From a virus (lineage: Duplodnaviria > Caudoviricetes), in IMG/VR virus record IMGVR_UViG_3300017754_000610, positions 1 to 35,062 of that record: a stretch of DNA of 35,062 bases. The stretch is one strand, 5' to 3'. The first letter of the stretch is position 1, and the number at the start of each line of letters is the position of its first letter. Below are positions 24,180 to 33,182 of the stretch, piece by piece. The translations under genes and the position numbers were made by a program. The notes beneath the pieces were generated by a model. It saw only the letters and a list, made by a program, of their open reading frames with translations, had not been told where the DNA came from and made no database searches.

Positions 24180-24688
24180 ACCTGGTTTACGTTAAACCTT
24201 TTAACCAATTAGCGGTAAAAACGCAAATAGTAAATTTGCAAAATGAACTATTAAAAATGCCACAAGCTGACATAGTTACTGAACATACGTTTTTGCCAGG
24301 GATTTATGAACGCAAAATTACCGTGCCCCCTTGGACCGTATTAACTGGTGCAGAACATAAAACCGGGTACAAAATACGGCTAGAAAAAGGCACTATTGCC
24401 GTAAATGTTGAAGATTCAGTCAAAGTATTGACTGCCCCAATGGAATTTGATGCAAAAGCCGGGGCGCAACGTGTGGGCCGGGTATTTGATGAAGAAGTAG
24501 TTTGGGTAGATGTTTATGAAAATCCGGACAATTGCCAAGATATAGAAGTGCTTGAAGAACGTTTATATATTGTGCCGGAGTGCGGTTTAGGCGAAAATAG
24601 AGTGTCATTACAAATTAAAAATGCAAAAGCAGATAAGCTTTTGTTAGATCAAACATTGGAAGGGGAATTGCTATGTCAGGATGGGTAG
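24176..24688 (+). CDS. Cupin-like hypothetical protein
   Basis: EHTFLPGIYERKITVP...LTGAEH beta-barrel pattern. Confidence 0.55.
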   Translation: MNLVYVKPFNQLAVKTQIVNLQNELLKMPQADIVTEHTFLPGIYERKITVPPWTVLTGAEHKTGYKIRLEKGTIAVNVEDSVKVLTAPMEFDAKAGAQRVGRVFDEEVVWVDVYENPDNCQDIEVLEERLYIVPECGLGENRVSLQIKNAKADKLLLDQTLEGELLCQDG

Positions 24689-25332
24689 CCGGTGCCGTAG
24701 TAGTTGGGTCAGTAGCTTCTAGCTATATGCAATCAAAAGCCGCTGGTAAAGCCGCTGATCAATATGGGCAACAAGCAGAACGTGGTTTGCAATACAACCA
24801 AGCAATGTTTGACAAAATTAATGAACAAAATGCCCCTTATCGTGCTACTGGCGAAAGAGGGGCAACTTTATACAATCAATTAGCTGATACCGGTTATTTG
24901 ACTGCCCAGCCATCTATGGATGATATGACCAGGTTAATGCCAAATTATCAATTTAATTTGCAACAAGGTTTAGGTCAATTAAATTCACAAATAAACGCCG
25001 GTGGTGGTTTGGTTAGTGGAAATGCTATACAAGGTGCCCAACAATTTGCCCAAGGATATGCTGGTAATGCTTTAACTGATGCTTTTAATCAATTTCAAGC
25101 TAACCGTACAAATGTGGTTAGTAACGTAAATGCTTTAACAGGCGTAGGTCAAAACGCTAATGCAACAACGGCAACTGCCGCTAGTGGTGCTACTGCCAAT
25201 GCTTCTAATTTGCTTTCTAGTATTGGTAATGCACAAGCCGCTGGAACAATGGGTGCGGCAAATGCTTATGCAAGCGGCCTTAACAATATTAGTAACTATG
25301 CAATGCTTTACGGTATGCGTAGTAGGGCTTAA
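24673..25332 (+). CDS. DNA ejection/pilot protein (P22 gp7-like)
   Basis: Hydrophobic G/A N-terminus, PNYQFNLQQG motif, A/N/Q-rich. Confidence 0.75.
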   Translation: MSGWVAGAVVVGSVASSYMQSKAAGKAADQYGQQAERGLQYNQAMFDKINEQNAPYRATGERGATLYNQLADTGYLTAQPSMDDMTRLMPNYQFNLQQGLGQLNSQINAGGGLVSGNAIQGAQQFAQGYAGNALTDAFNQFQANRTNVVSNVNALTGVGQNANATTATAASGATANASNLLSSIGNAQAAGTMGAANAYASGLNNISNYAMLYGMRSRA

Positions 25333-25356
25333 TTTTTTAAAAGTTTAGGTGACAAT

Positions 25357-26799
25357 ATGGCTGGATTTACCGCAGATTTAAACCCAAAAGGCAACACTAT
25401 GTCACTTGCTGACTTAATGAAAGCTGGTGCTTATGGTGCGGAAATGGACGTTCTTAACCGTCAAGCCGCAGTTGCACGGGAAAAAGAAAAGGAAATGCCA
25501 ATAATTAAAAACTTTATGGCTGATCCCACAAATAAGCTTTCTGACGGTTCTTTTGATTTAAAACAAATGCCAGCATTGATTTCAATTGCACCGTTAACCG
25601 GCCCTGATTATGCTGACAAAATTATTGGATTAACTAAAAATAATATTGAAACAAACAAAGCTTTAAATTCGCTTTCCGAAGAAAACCGTAAACCTTTTGC
25701 TTCTATTTATGGCAATTACGGCCAATTAGCGGCCAATGGCCAAGTAGTTACAAACACAGAAATTATTGGATCGTTACAAAGATTAAAAGAATTTTATCCA
25801 CAATTATCCCAAGCGGCAGATGGTCAAATTAAAAGTTGGCAAGCTAGACCTGAAAATACACCAATTGATCCACAAGTGTTGATGAAATCACGAAATGAAA
25901 CATTAACGCCAACCCAATTAATTGATCAATTTTCACCTAAAGCTGGCACAACAACCATTGGAAATCAAATTGTTGGTACGGTTACACAACCTTCTGTTGC
26001 TGGTGAACAACCTAAAGTTTCTACTGCCCCATTGGGCGGCGGTCAAGGTACTGTTACGCCTACTGGTAGTGCAACAACTGAACCTGGTGGCAGAACATTA
26101 CCTAAGATAATTCAAGAAGATACTTCTATGAGTTATACCGGACCAGCTAATCCGTTAAACCTAAATAAATTTCAAGAAGAAGCTTATTCAAAAGGTAAAA
26201 CAAATGTTACAGAAGCTAATATGGCCGTTAAAACCATTAAAGATTTAGCTTTAAGCGTAGATAAAGTTGAACAATATTTAACCAGCGCAAGCGGTTCTAA
26301 AGCTTTTCAAATGATTCGCCAAGGAACAAAATGGGTATTTGGTGATGCTGAGTTGGATTCATTGGTTAAAAATATTGCCCAGGTCCAAGCTAGAAACGCC
26401 CAGGTAATGGGATTGGATAAAACCGATTCTTCCCGTGAATTAAATGCCAAACTTTCCGGTAGTGAAAACATTGATGAAAAAGCCCTTGCTGGCGTTATGC
26501 AACAAGTTAAAGCTGAAACTAAAGCGGCAGAACTTTATACCCAAGGCCTTAATAAATTTATAGAAAAACGTGGTGACGTTAACGGTTACATTCAACAACA
26601 AAAATTCCAAAACAAGTGGGCAGAACATTACGATCCACGTATTTTCCAAATTGATAACATTGCCGAATCTAAATTGCCTGAATCTGAAAAACAAGCAAGA
26701 ATTGATCAAATTACAGGCAGAATGACCGAAGCACAATTTAAAAAATTAAGACAAGATTCTGTAATTTTGCATCGTTTAGCTAAAGGTCAATATCAATAA
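25357..26799 (+). CDS. Ejection protein (gp20 position)
   Basis: 480-aa helical protein between gp7-like and gp16-like genes; call is by synteny. Confidence 0.6.
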   Translation: MAGFTADLNPKGNTMSLADLMKAGAYGAEMDVLNRQAAVAREKEKEMPIIKNFMADPTNKLSDGSFDLKQMPALISIAPLTGPDYADKIIGLTKNNIETNKALNSLSEENRKPFASIYGNYGQLAANGQVVTNTEIIGSLQRLKEFYPQLSQAADGQIKSWQARPENTPIDPQVLMKSRNETLTPTQLIDQFSPKAGTTTIGNQIVGTVTQPSVAGEQPKVSTAPLGGGQGTVTPTGSATTEPGGRTLPKIIQEDTSMSYTGPANPLNLNKFQEEAYSKGKTNVTEANMAVKTIKDLALSVDKVEQYLTSASGSKAFQMIRQGTKWVFGDAELDSLVKNIAQVQARNAQVMGLDKTDSSRELNAKLSGSENIDEKALAGVMQQVKAETKAAELYTQGLNKFIEKRGDVNGYIQQQKFQNKWAEHYDPRIFQIDNIAESKLPESEKQARIDQITGRMTEAQFKKLRQDSVILHRLAKGQYQ

Positions 26800-29192
26800 T
26801 GGCTAATACAACTTTTGATGAAGAATTAGACCTAGTTCCTGGGTTTAAATATTTAAAAAATAAACTTGTTACTGTTAGCCCAGCACCGGCTGAATTTAAC
26901 AATGCAAAACCTATTGAAACACCAAAAGTTGATTTAGAAGGGCTTGATCCAGCCCTTAAAGAACGTATTAATATTGCCGCCCGTGATTGGATTGCTAATA
27001 AAGAATTAAATCCAAAAGGTGAACCGTTACCAATTACTAGCGGATTTCGTGATACATCTAAACAATCCCAGTTGTTTTCTAACAGGGCATCAAATCCTAA
27101 TCTAGTTGCGCCCCCAGGTTATAGCAGTCACGAAAAAGGCATGGGCATTGATATTTTGCCTACCGTTCCTGATTCTTTTTTGGCTAACTATGGTTTGTAC
27201 CGGCCGCATGGCGCAAAAGACCCCGTACACGTAGAAATTAATCCTAAAGCTAATTTTCAACCATCAATGGATTTAATTGATGATGATGGTTTAGGCATAC
27301 CAGGTTTTAAATATACAAGCCGCCAAGGCGTTTATACGCCATCTACTAGGGAAGCGGTTAGTGATCAATTTAGTAACGTTAGAAAACAATTAACCAGTTC
27401 TAATTACTACACAAATACATTGCCTAAACAAGCCGCCGCATTAGGTGATGTGCTTTATGGTTCAATACCGGCCGCAGTTAAATTTATAGGTGAACCGTTT
27501 GCCAAACTTATTGACAAAGTTGGCGATACAAAAATAGCAACTGAAACATTAGATAAAGTAACCCAATTTGCTGACCGTCCTATTGGTAAAGCTTTTGGCA
27601 TTACTAATGATCCAGCGTATAACGCAGAAGCCGCTAATCGTTTTATGGATTATGTTGGCAAAAACATGGATAAAGGCGCAGATTACATTGCTAAAGAAAC
27701 AGGCATGAATAAATCTGATGTAGCCTGGTTTATGAACGCCGCCACAATAGGTGCCGGTGCATTAGCTTATAAAGGCGGTAAAAAAGCTATTGAAACTGGT
27801 CAAGAAGTATTGCCTAAAGCTAAAGAACAACTTCAAACCCAATTTGAAACTGTTAAAGGCAAAGTTCAACAAAAATTCCCAAGCTTAAAAGGGGAAGAAA
27901 ACCCCAATTTGCGTAGCGTAGGGGCCGCTGAATTAAGTGCTGGTAAGTTGCGCCAGGCTAAAGCCCAAGAACTGCTTGTGCCAATGGATTTGCCACGTGA
28001 CATTGTTACTCGTAATTTTGCAGATATTAATTGGGCACGTGAAAAAGCTAAAGATGCAATTACTGGCGAACCATTGCGCCAAAATTATTCCAAGCTTAAT
28101 AAACAACTTATTGATAACCTTGATGCTGAAATCTACCAAACTGGTGCCCAAAAAACAGGCGTTGATCGTGGCGATCTTGGGCAAGATTTAGCAAACGTTG
28201 TTGGTACATATAAAAAAGACCGTTATCAAGCCGTTAAAGATGCTTACACCGCCGCTGATAATGCCGGTGAAACGTTGCAATTAGTGCCATACAAGCCGGT
28301 GCTTGATTACATTGAAAACATTAAAACTAAACGTCCTACCCAATACGATCAAAACCCTATTTTAAAAATGGTAGAAGAAGATTTAAAAGCAAACGATCCA
28401 AAAAATGCTACTGGCGCAGTAAATTTACGTCAATTAGAAGATATTCGTGCATTAATTAATGCTGAAACTGAATTTGGAACTTCTAATGGATTTCACGGCA
28501 GTAAAATTCGTGATCAAATTGATAACATTACTAAAGATGCTGGCGGCAGTTTGTATAAGGAAGCCCGTGCCCTTAATAGCCGTTACATGAAAGAATTTGA
28601 AGAAAATCCAGCAATTAGGGATATTACGGCAACTAAAAAAGGCACTACTGAACGCAAAGTAGCTATTGAAACATTGGTAGAAGATTCAATGCTTAAAGGC
28701 CCACGTTCTAGGGTAGAAGAATTATTTAAAACGCTAGACAATGCCGGACCTGAAGGCCAGGCCATGATTAATGAATTGCGTGGTGTAGTGGCAGAACAAA
28801 TTAAAAATGAATCAATTAAAAGCGTAAGCCGGGATATTAATGGCAATCCTATTGTTACCCCAACTGGACTAAACAATATAATTACTAAGCTTGATAAATC
28901 AGGAAAGCTTGACCTTATATTTGGTAAAAAAGGTGCAGAACGTTATCGCACCCTTAATGATGTAGCAATTGACGTTAAAACCGTGCCTGAAGGTTCTGTT
29001 AACTATTCCGGTACTGCGGCTAATCTTAAAAACATGGCCGCACAAATAACAACTGATTTAGCAACTTCTGCATTAACTGGAGTTCCAGCCCCAATTACAA
29101 CTGTTGGAACAATGCTTTACAAAAATCAACAAAACAAAAAAGAATTAAACAAAATTAACGAATTTATTAATTATGGTAAGGAACAAAAATAA
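26799..29192 (+). CDS. Large ejection protein with peptidase M15-like (D-Ala-D-Ala) peptidoglycan hydrolase domain
   Basis: ITSGFR...Q...VAPPGYSSHEKGMGIDI...DPVHVE (SxHxxGxxxD...H). Confidence 0.75.
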   Translation: MANTTFDEELDLVPGFKYLKNKLVTVSPAPAEFNNAKPIETPKVDLEGLDPALKERINIAARDWIANKELNPKGEPLPITSGFRDTSKQSQLFSNRASNPNLVAPPGYSSHEKGMGIDILPTVPDSFLANYGLYRPHGAKDPVHVEINPKANFQPSMDLIDDDGLGIPGFKYTSRQGVYTPSTREAVSDQFSNVRKQLTSSNYYTNTLPKQAAALGDVLYGSIPAAVKFIGEPFAKLIDKVGDTKIATETLDKVTQFADRPIGKAFGITNDPAYNAEAANRFMDYVGKNMDKGADYIAKETGMNKSDVAWFMNAATIGAGALAYKGGKKAIETGQEVLPKAKEQLQTQFETVKGKVQQKFPSLKGEENPNLRSVGAAELSAGKLRQAKAQELLVPMDLPRDIVTRNFADINWAREKAKDAITGEPLRQNYSKLNKQLIDNLDAEIYQTGAQKTGVDRGDLGQDLANVVGTYKKDRYQAVKDAYTAADNAGETLQLVPYKPVLDYIENIKTKRPTQYDQNPILKMVEEDLKANDPKNATGAVNLRQLEDIRALINAETEFGTSNGFHGSKIRDQIDNITKDAGGSLYKEARALNSRYMKEFEENPAIRDITATKKGTTERKVAIETLVEDSMLKGPRSRVEELFKTLDNAGPEGQAMINELRGVVAEQIKNESIKSVSRDINGNPIVTPTGLNNIITKLDKSGKLDLIFGKKGAERYRTLNDVAIDVKTVPEGSVNYSGTAANLKNMAAQITTDLATSALTGVPAPITTVGTMLYKNQQNKKELNKINEFINYGKEQK

Positions 29193-29956
29193 TGCCATCG
29201 GTACTTTTATCCCCAGTTGGCAATGGCCAACAATTTTTTGACAATAACGGAATTCCAAATGCCGGTGGATTAATTTATACCTACCAGGCTGGATCAAGTA
29301 CCTTATTGACTACTTATACAACTGTAAACGGCACTATTGCTAATACAAACCCTATTGTTTTAGATGCCTATGGCCGTACCCCAAGTGAAATTTGGATGCA
29401 AACCGGTTATAGCTATAAGTTTATTATTCAAACCGCTGATGCAGTTACATTGCAAACATTAGATAATTTGTACCCTATTTTGCAATCTGCCCCAACCGTA
29501 TCAAGTGCTTTTGTTGCTGGCATGATTATTATTTGGTCCGGAAGTTTAGGTTCTGTTCCAGCCGGATGGGTGCTTTGTGATGGTAATAATTCAACTCCTG
29601 ATTTACGTAATCGTTTTGTAGTTGCCGCCGGTTCAACTTATGCAGTAGGTGCAGTTGGTGGTTCTGCTGATGCAATTACGGTAACGCATACTCATACTGC
29701 TACTGTTACAGACCCAGGCCACAATCATCTTAGCGGATCAAATGGTGGTGATACATCTGCAACTTGGAATCCATTTGGATTTGATGCTGGTCAAAGATGG
29801 GATGGGGCTGGCCCAGCATCGGGTGCTATTGGATCATCACATAATTCAAATACCAAAACAACTGGAATTAGTGTTGCAAATGCCAATGCCGGAACAAGCG
29901 GAACTAATGCTAATTTGCCACCGTACTACGCATTAGCGTACATCATGAAAACATAA
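29192..29956 (+). CDS. Short tail appendage: virion-binding N-terminus plus tail-collar domain
   Basis: GGLIYTYQAG...NPIVLDAYGR, then VPAGWVLCDG...PDLRNRF...NLPPYYALAYIMK. Confidence 0.75.
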   Translation: MPSVLLSPVGNGQQFFDNNGIPNAGGLIYTYQAGSSTLLTTYTTVNGTIANTNPIVLDAYGRTPSEIWMQTGYSYKFIIQTADAVTLQTLDNLYPILQSAPTVSSAFVAGMIIIWSGSLGSVPAGWVLCDGNNSTPDLRNRFVVAAGSTYAVGAVGGSADAITVTHTHTATVTDPGHNHLSGSNGGDTSATWNPFGFDAGQRWDGAGPASGAIGSSHNSNTKTTGISVANANAGTSGTNANLPPYYALAYIMKT

Positions 29957-30195
29957 TGGAAATTACTATGTTTGAAATTGACCCAGTTAAATATGGGGTT
30001 CTATGGCAAAAAGTAGAATCTTATGAATCTAAATTTGATGATATGTCAAAAAAAATGGATAAGATGGAAGCCAATATTGAAAAACTTCTTGATAACCAGG
30101 CCCAACAAAAAGGGGCTAGTTGGTTAGCAATTGGCATATTGACTGCATTAAGTACCTTGGGCGGCTGGGCGGTTCATTGGTTCACAAGCAAATAG
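29956..30195 (+). CDS. Small coiled-coil + C-terminal TM protein (lysis region)
   Basis: Coiled coil followed by a hydrophobic helix; start may be 29968. Confidence 0.65.
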   Translation: MEITMFEIDPVKYGVLWQKVESYESKFDDMSKKMDKMEANIEKLLDNQAQQKGASWLAIGILTALSTLGGWAVHWFTSK

Positions 30196-30219
30196 GACGG
30201 TAAAAGAAAGTGAACCGCA

Positions 30220-30675
30220 ATGTCAGACCCGTTTGGATTAACAGAAGGAGTAAAAACTCTTTCCGGTAGCATTGATGCAAGCCGGGAAGCGTCTAAAGGT
30301 TTATCCAAAAGTATTGAAGGAATTCAGCAAGACGGTTTAGAAGTAGCCCAGCAACAAGCAAAAGAACGCATACGGGCAAGACGGGAAGCAGAATTTAAGA
30401 AAGAACGGGCTTTAATAAAAGCCTTGGAAGAATGGAAGCGCAAAAAACAAATATCAGACGAAGAAGCCGATTTAAAGATTAAGTTTGTAAAGCAGTACGG
30501 TGCAAAAGAATGGGATGCGTTGCTTAGAATTAAGCTGGACATTGAAAACATGGAACGCAAGAACAACGAAGAATTTCAGCACGATTTAAAAGCAGTACGA
30601 AGGGTGCAGTTTTATTGTTTTGTTGCCGCACTTTTTGTAACTTTATGGTTAAAGTTTATTTTGGGGGCGTTTTAA
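30220..30675 (+). CDS. Hypothetical protein with C-terminal TM helix
   Basis: Charged helical body, hydrophobic last ~22 aa. Confidence 0.7.
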   Translation: MSDPFGLTEGVKTLSGSIDASREASKGLSKSIEGIQQDGLEVAQQQAKERIRARREAEFKKERALIKALEEWKRKKQISDEEADLKIKFVKQYGAKEWDALLRIKLDIENMERKNNEEFQHDLKAVRRVQFYCFVAALFVTLWLKFILGAF

Positions 30676-30936
30676 ATGAATATGCAAGATTTATTAAAAG
30701 CAATTATTCCTATTCTTGTTGCTTGTATAGCTTGGTTACTTGGCCAAGTATCTTCATTTCAAACCCGTTTAACGCAGATTGAAGGCAAAATGCCAGCGTT
30801 GATTACTAGCGAAGGTATTCCAACAGATAGCCCAATATCAGCAGAAAAACGGGCTAAGATGCGTGAAGAACTTTACAAAGAAATACACGAACTTCATGTA
30901 CGGGTTAAGTTAATAGAAGAAAGAACCAAAAAATAA
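30676..30936 (+). CDS. Small N-terminal TM protein (lysis region)
   Basis: AIIPILVACIAWLLG helix then coiled coil. Confidence 0.7.
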   Translation: MNMQDLLKAIIPILVACIAWLLGQVSSFQTRLTQIEGKMPALITSEGIPTDSPISAEKRAKMREELYKEIHELHVRVKLIEERTKK

Positions 30937-31439
30937 TGGACACTTTATTAGGACTTCTTAAAGGTGTTGCACCTATTCTTGCAACTGCGGTAGCTGGCCC
31001 GGCTGGTGGTGCGGCAATAGGATGGTTAGCCAACAAACTAGGCGTAGATGATGCCACCGTAGAAGGCGTTACCCAAGCCCTTACCGGCAACCCGGAACTT
31101 ACTTTAAAGCTTAAAGAATTAGATTTAGAGTATGCCAAATTAGAAGTTGCTGACCGTGATTCTGCCCGCCAGGCGTATGCCGCAGTAGCTACTTCAGCAA
31201 ATGCAACTAAGTTGGATAAGATGGTTGTTCCAATTCTTGCTTTGGGCGTAGTTGGTTTAGCTTTTATATTAATTGGGGTATTGATGTTTGTAGATACCCC
31301 TGACGATCAACAACAATTGGTTATTTTTGCGCTTGGGTTTATAACGTCAGCGGCGGGGCAAGTTCTTTCTTTTTATTTTGGTTCTAGTCAAGGCAGTAAA
31401 AATAAAACAGAAGAAATGAAGGGAATGATCAAAAAATGA
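30936..31439 (+). CDS. Holin-like membrane protein
   Basis: Two C-terminal TM helices ending FYFGSS; directly upstream of endolysin. Confidence 0.65.
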   Translation: MDTLLGLLKGVAPILATAVAGPAGGAAIGWLANKLGVDDATVEGVTQALTGNPELTLKLKELDLEYAKLEVADRDSARQAYAAVATSANATKLDKMVVPILALGVVGLAFILIGVLMFVDTPDDQQQLVIFALGFITSAAGQVLSFYFGSSQGSKNKTEEMKGMIKK

Positions 31440-32044
31440 CACTTGATCAATTACAAACTTTAGGCTTGGGTGAACAATGGCTGGACCCATTAAATGAAAC
31501 GTTTGATAAATACCAAATTAATACACCACAACGCCAGGCGTGTTTCTTGGGGCAAACCCTTCATGAATCCGGTAGCTTTAAATTTACTAAAGAAAACTTG
31601 AATTATTCAGCTAAAGCTTTAATGGCAACCTGGCCAAGCCGGTTTCCTGATCTTGATACCGCAACGCAATATGAACGCCAGCCGGAAAAGATAGCTAATA
31701 AAGTGTATTCCGGGCGCATGGGCAATACTGAAGATGGTGATGGTGCAAAATACATAGGCCGTGGATTAATCCAATGTACTGGTAAAGAGAACTATACGCA
31801 TTGTGGTGAAGCTTTGGGTATAGATTTGATAGGTAGCCCTCATCTTTTAGAAGAACCCCGTTACGCCGCTTTATCGGCTGGCTGGTTTTGGAACAAAAAA
31901 GGGTTAAATGCTTTGGCTGATGAAGGTACTAGCAATTCTTTTGAAATAATGACTAAACGTATTAACGGTGGATTGCTGGGGCTTGATGACCGGAAATCTA
32001 AGATGATTGAAGTTCTTAAAGCACTAGGGGCACAAAATGGCTGA
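31436..32044 (+). CDS. Endolysin, glycoside hydrolase family 19
   Basis: FLGQTLHES, ENLNYS, YIGRGLIQCTGKENY, TKRINGG. Confidence 0.92.
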   Translation: MTLDQLQTLGLGEQWLDPLNETFDKYQINTPQRQACFLGQTLHESGSFKFTKENLNYSAKALMATWPSRFPDLDTATQYERQPEKIANKVYSGRMGNTEDGDGAKYIGRGLIQCTGKENYTHCGEALGIDLIGSPHLLEEPRYAALSAGWFWNKKGLNALADEGTSNSFEIMTKRINGGLLGLDDRKSKMIEVLKALGAQNG

Positions 32045-32189
32045 TAAATTTTATAAAGAAACAAAAGCGCACGAAAAACGGGAAGAAAAAGACCAAATTA
32101 CATTACGTAATACTGTTTATAGCTTAAAAAAAGAACTTAAAAAGCATGAAAGTGAGCCTATGAACAAGGCCCACCCATCTAAAAAATAA
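32037..32189 (+). CDS. 50-aa basic hypothetical protein (not in ORF track)
   Basis: MADKFYKETKAHEKREE...MNKAHPSKK; AGGGG SD; overlaps the endolysin end. Confidence 0.6.
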   Translation: MADKFYKETKAHEKREEKDQITLRNTVYSLKKELKKHESEPMNKAHPSKK

Positions 32190-32393
32190 TTACTTAATTC
32201 TAGCTACTTTGGCCCGGCGCAATACTTGTTCGTATTGTTCCTTGGCCTGGTCATCTAGTTTGCGTAATGGCAGATTTTGCCAATAAGACCATTTATCTTT
32301 GTATTCTTGAAGTTCTGAAGGCGGTACCCAGCCGGCTAAACGCCATCGAATGGTTATATCGGTGCCGCTAATGGTCCAAATATGTTCATTCAT
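32190..32393 (-). CDS. Hypothetical protein
   Basis: 67-aa ORF, GGGA SD; converges on the late operon. Confidence 0.7.
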   Translation of the reverse strand: MNEHIWTISGTDITIRWRLAGWVPPSELQEYKDKWSYWQNLPLRKLDDQAKEQYEQVLRRAKVARIK

Positions 32394-32402
32394 TTTTTCC
32401 CC

Positions 32403-32852
32403 TTAATATCTATGTTTAGGCATACACGTTACTTCTACTGGAATGTCAGCGGTAAAGCCGTTAATCTGACGTTTAGTAGTAATTACATGGGCACGTAGGC
32501 CAGCACCTTCACATTCAGTAACCCCATTAATAACTTCATTCCGGGTTAATGCGGCTACTTGTTTATCTAATATTAACTGTTGGGAAGGGGCTTGGCTATA
32601 CACGGTGCCGGAAGTGCTATTGCAACCCGTTAAAAATAGAATTGCCAGGACAAATCCAACCATCAATACGCCAACACCAATTTCATTGGCTAAATGCTTC
32701 CAGCGTTTAATACGGGCTTGTTTAGCTTCCCAGGCCAATAGATTGTTGTAGGCTTCCCGATCCCCCCAACCCTTATCCACCATACGTTGTAGGTTTTCTT
32801 GTTTGGCTTGATATGCCCAATATGCCTGGGCTTGTTTTTCTTCATGGTCCAT
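32403..32852 (-). CDS. Membrane protein with internal lipobox (LTGC)
   Basis: AAGGA SD before MDHEE (32852); TM helix ending LFLTGC. Confidence 0.7.
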   Translation of the reverse strand: MDHEEKQAQAYWAYQAKQENLQRMVDKGWGDREAYNNLLAWEAKQARIKRWKHLANEIGVGVLMVGFVLAILFLTGCNSTSGTVYSQAPSQQLILDKQVAALTRNEVINGVTECEGAGLRAHVITTKRQINGFTADIPVEVTCMPKHRY

Positions 32853-32870
32853 GTCAATTCCTTTATTTAT

Positions 32871-32888
32871 CACCGCAACATTGCGGTA
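32871..32888 (-). promoter_or_regulatory. Conserved 18-nt 5' leader hairpin (copy L2)
   Basis: UACCGCA-AUGU-UGCGGUG, 6 nt after the -10. Confidence 0.65.
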
Positions 32889-32894
32889 TTTGTT

Positions 32895-32923
32895 AATTTA
32901 CTAAAGTTTTCTTTAGTTGTAAA
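32895..32923 (-). promoter_or_regulatory. Sigma70 promoter with operator palindrome in spacer
   Basis: TTTACA-actaaagaaaactttag-TAAATT; 28/29 identical to 1248-1276. Confidence 0.8.
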
Positions 32924-32948
32924 GCGCAATTGTGCAACTAAACAACGT

Positions 32949-33038
32949 AAGGCGTGAATTTGGCAACTGCGGCTAATTGGGTGGAAACTGGAAAAAACCC
33001 CAAATTGTTGCATCCTTCAACGTCCAGTTAACCGCCCT
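32949..33038 (-). ncRNA. Candidate ~90-nt pseudoknotted RNA
   Basis: Nested stems AGGGCG/CGCCUU, UGAA/UUCA, GCAAC/GUUGC and AAUU(U)GGG/CCCAAUU, plus AACUGGA/UCCAGUU pseudoknot. Confidence 0.6.
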
Positions 33039-33043
33039 TTAAT

Positions 33044-33172
33044 TTATCTACAAATAGTTACCCATTGGCAACCACCGCCGCCGCAAACGTATTGTTGCCA
33101 GCAATTGGCTTGTTGGGCTACGGCAAAACCAACTACAAAGAATGTTGCAAATGCTAATAGTGCTTTTTTCAT
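33044..33172 (-). CDS. 42-aa secreted 4-cysteine peptide (not in ORF track)
   Basis: MKKALLAFATFFVVGFAVA|QQANCWQQYVCGGGGCQWVTICR; AAGGA SD; classic Sec signal peptide. Confidence 0.8.
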   Translation of the reverse strand: MKKALLAFATFFVVGFAVAQQANCWQQYVCGGGGCQWVTICR

Positions 33173-33182
33173 AATGGTTCCT

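Noticed and set aside
16806-29956. Possible diversity-generating retroelement or invertible fibre cassette
   Set aside because: No reverse transcriptase, invertase or adenine-specific TR/VR pair seen; the repeats are protein-level only
32868-32878. TATCACCGCAA matches the start of lambda OR3
   Set aside because: The second half-site does not fit lambda spacing; the sequence is explained by the leader hairpin; likely coincidence
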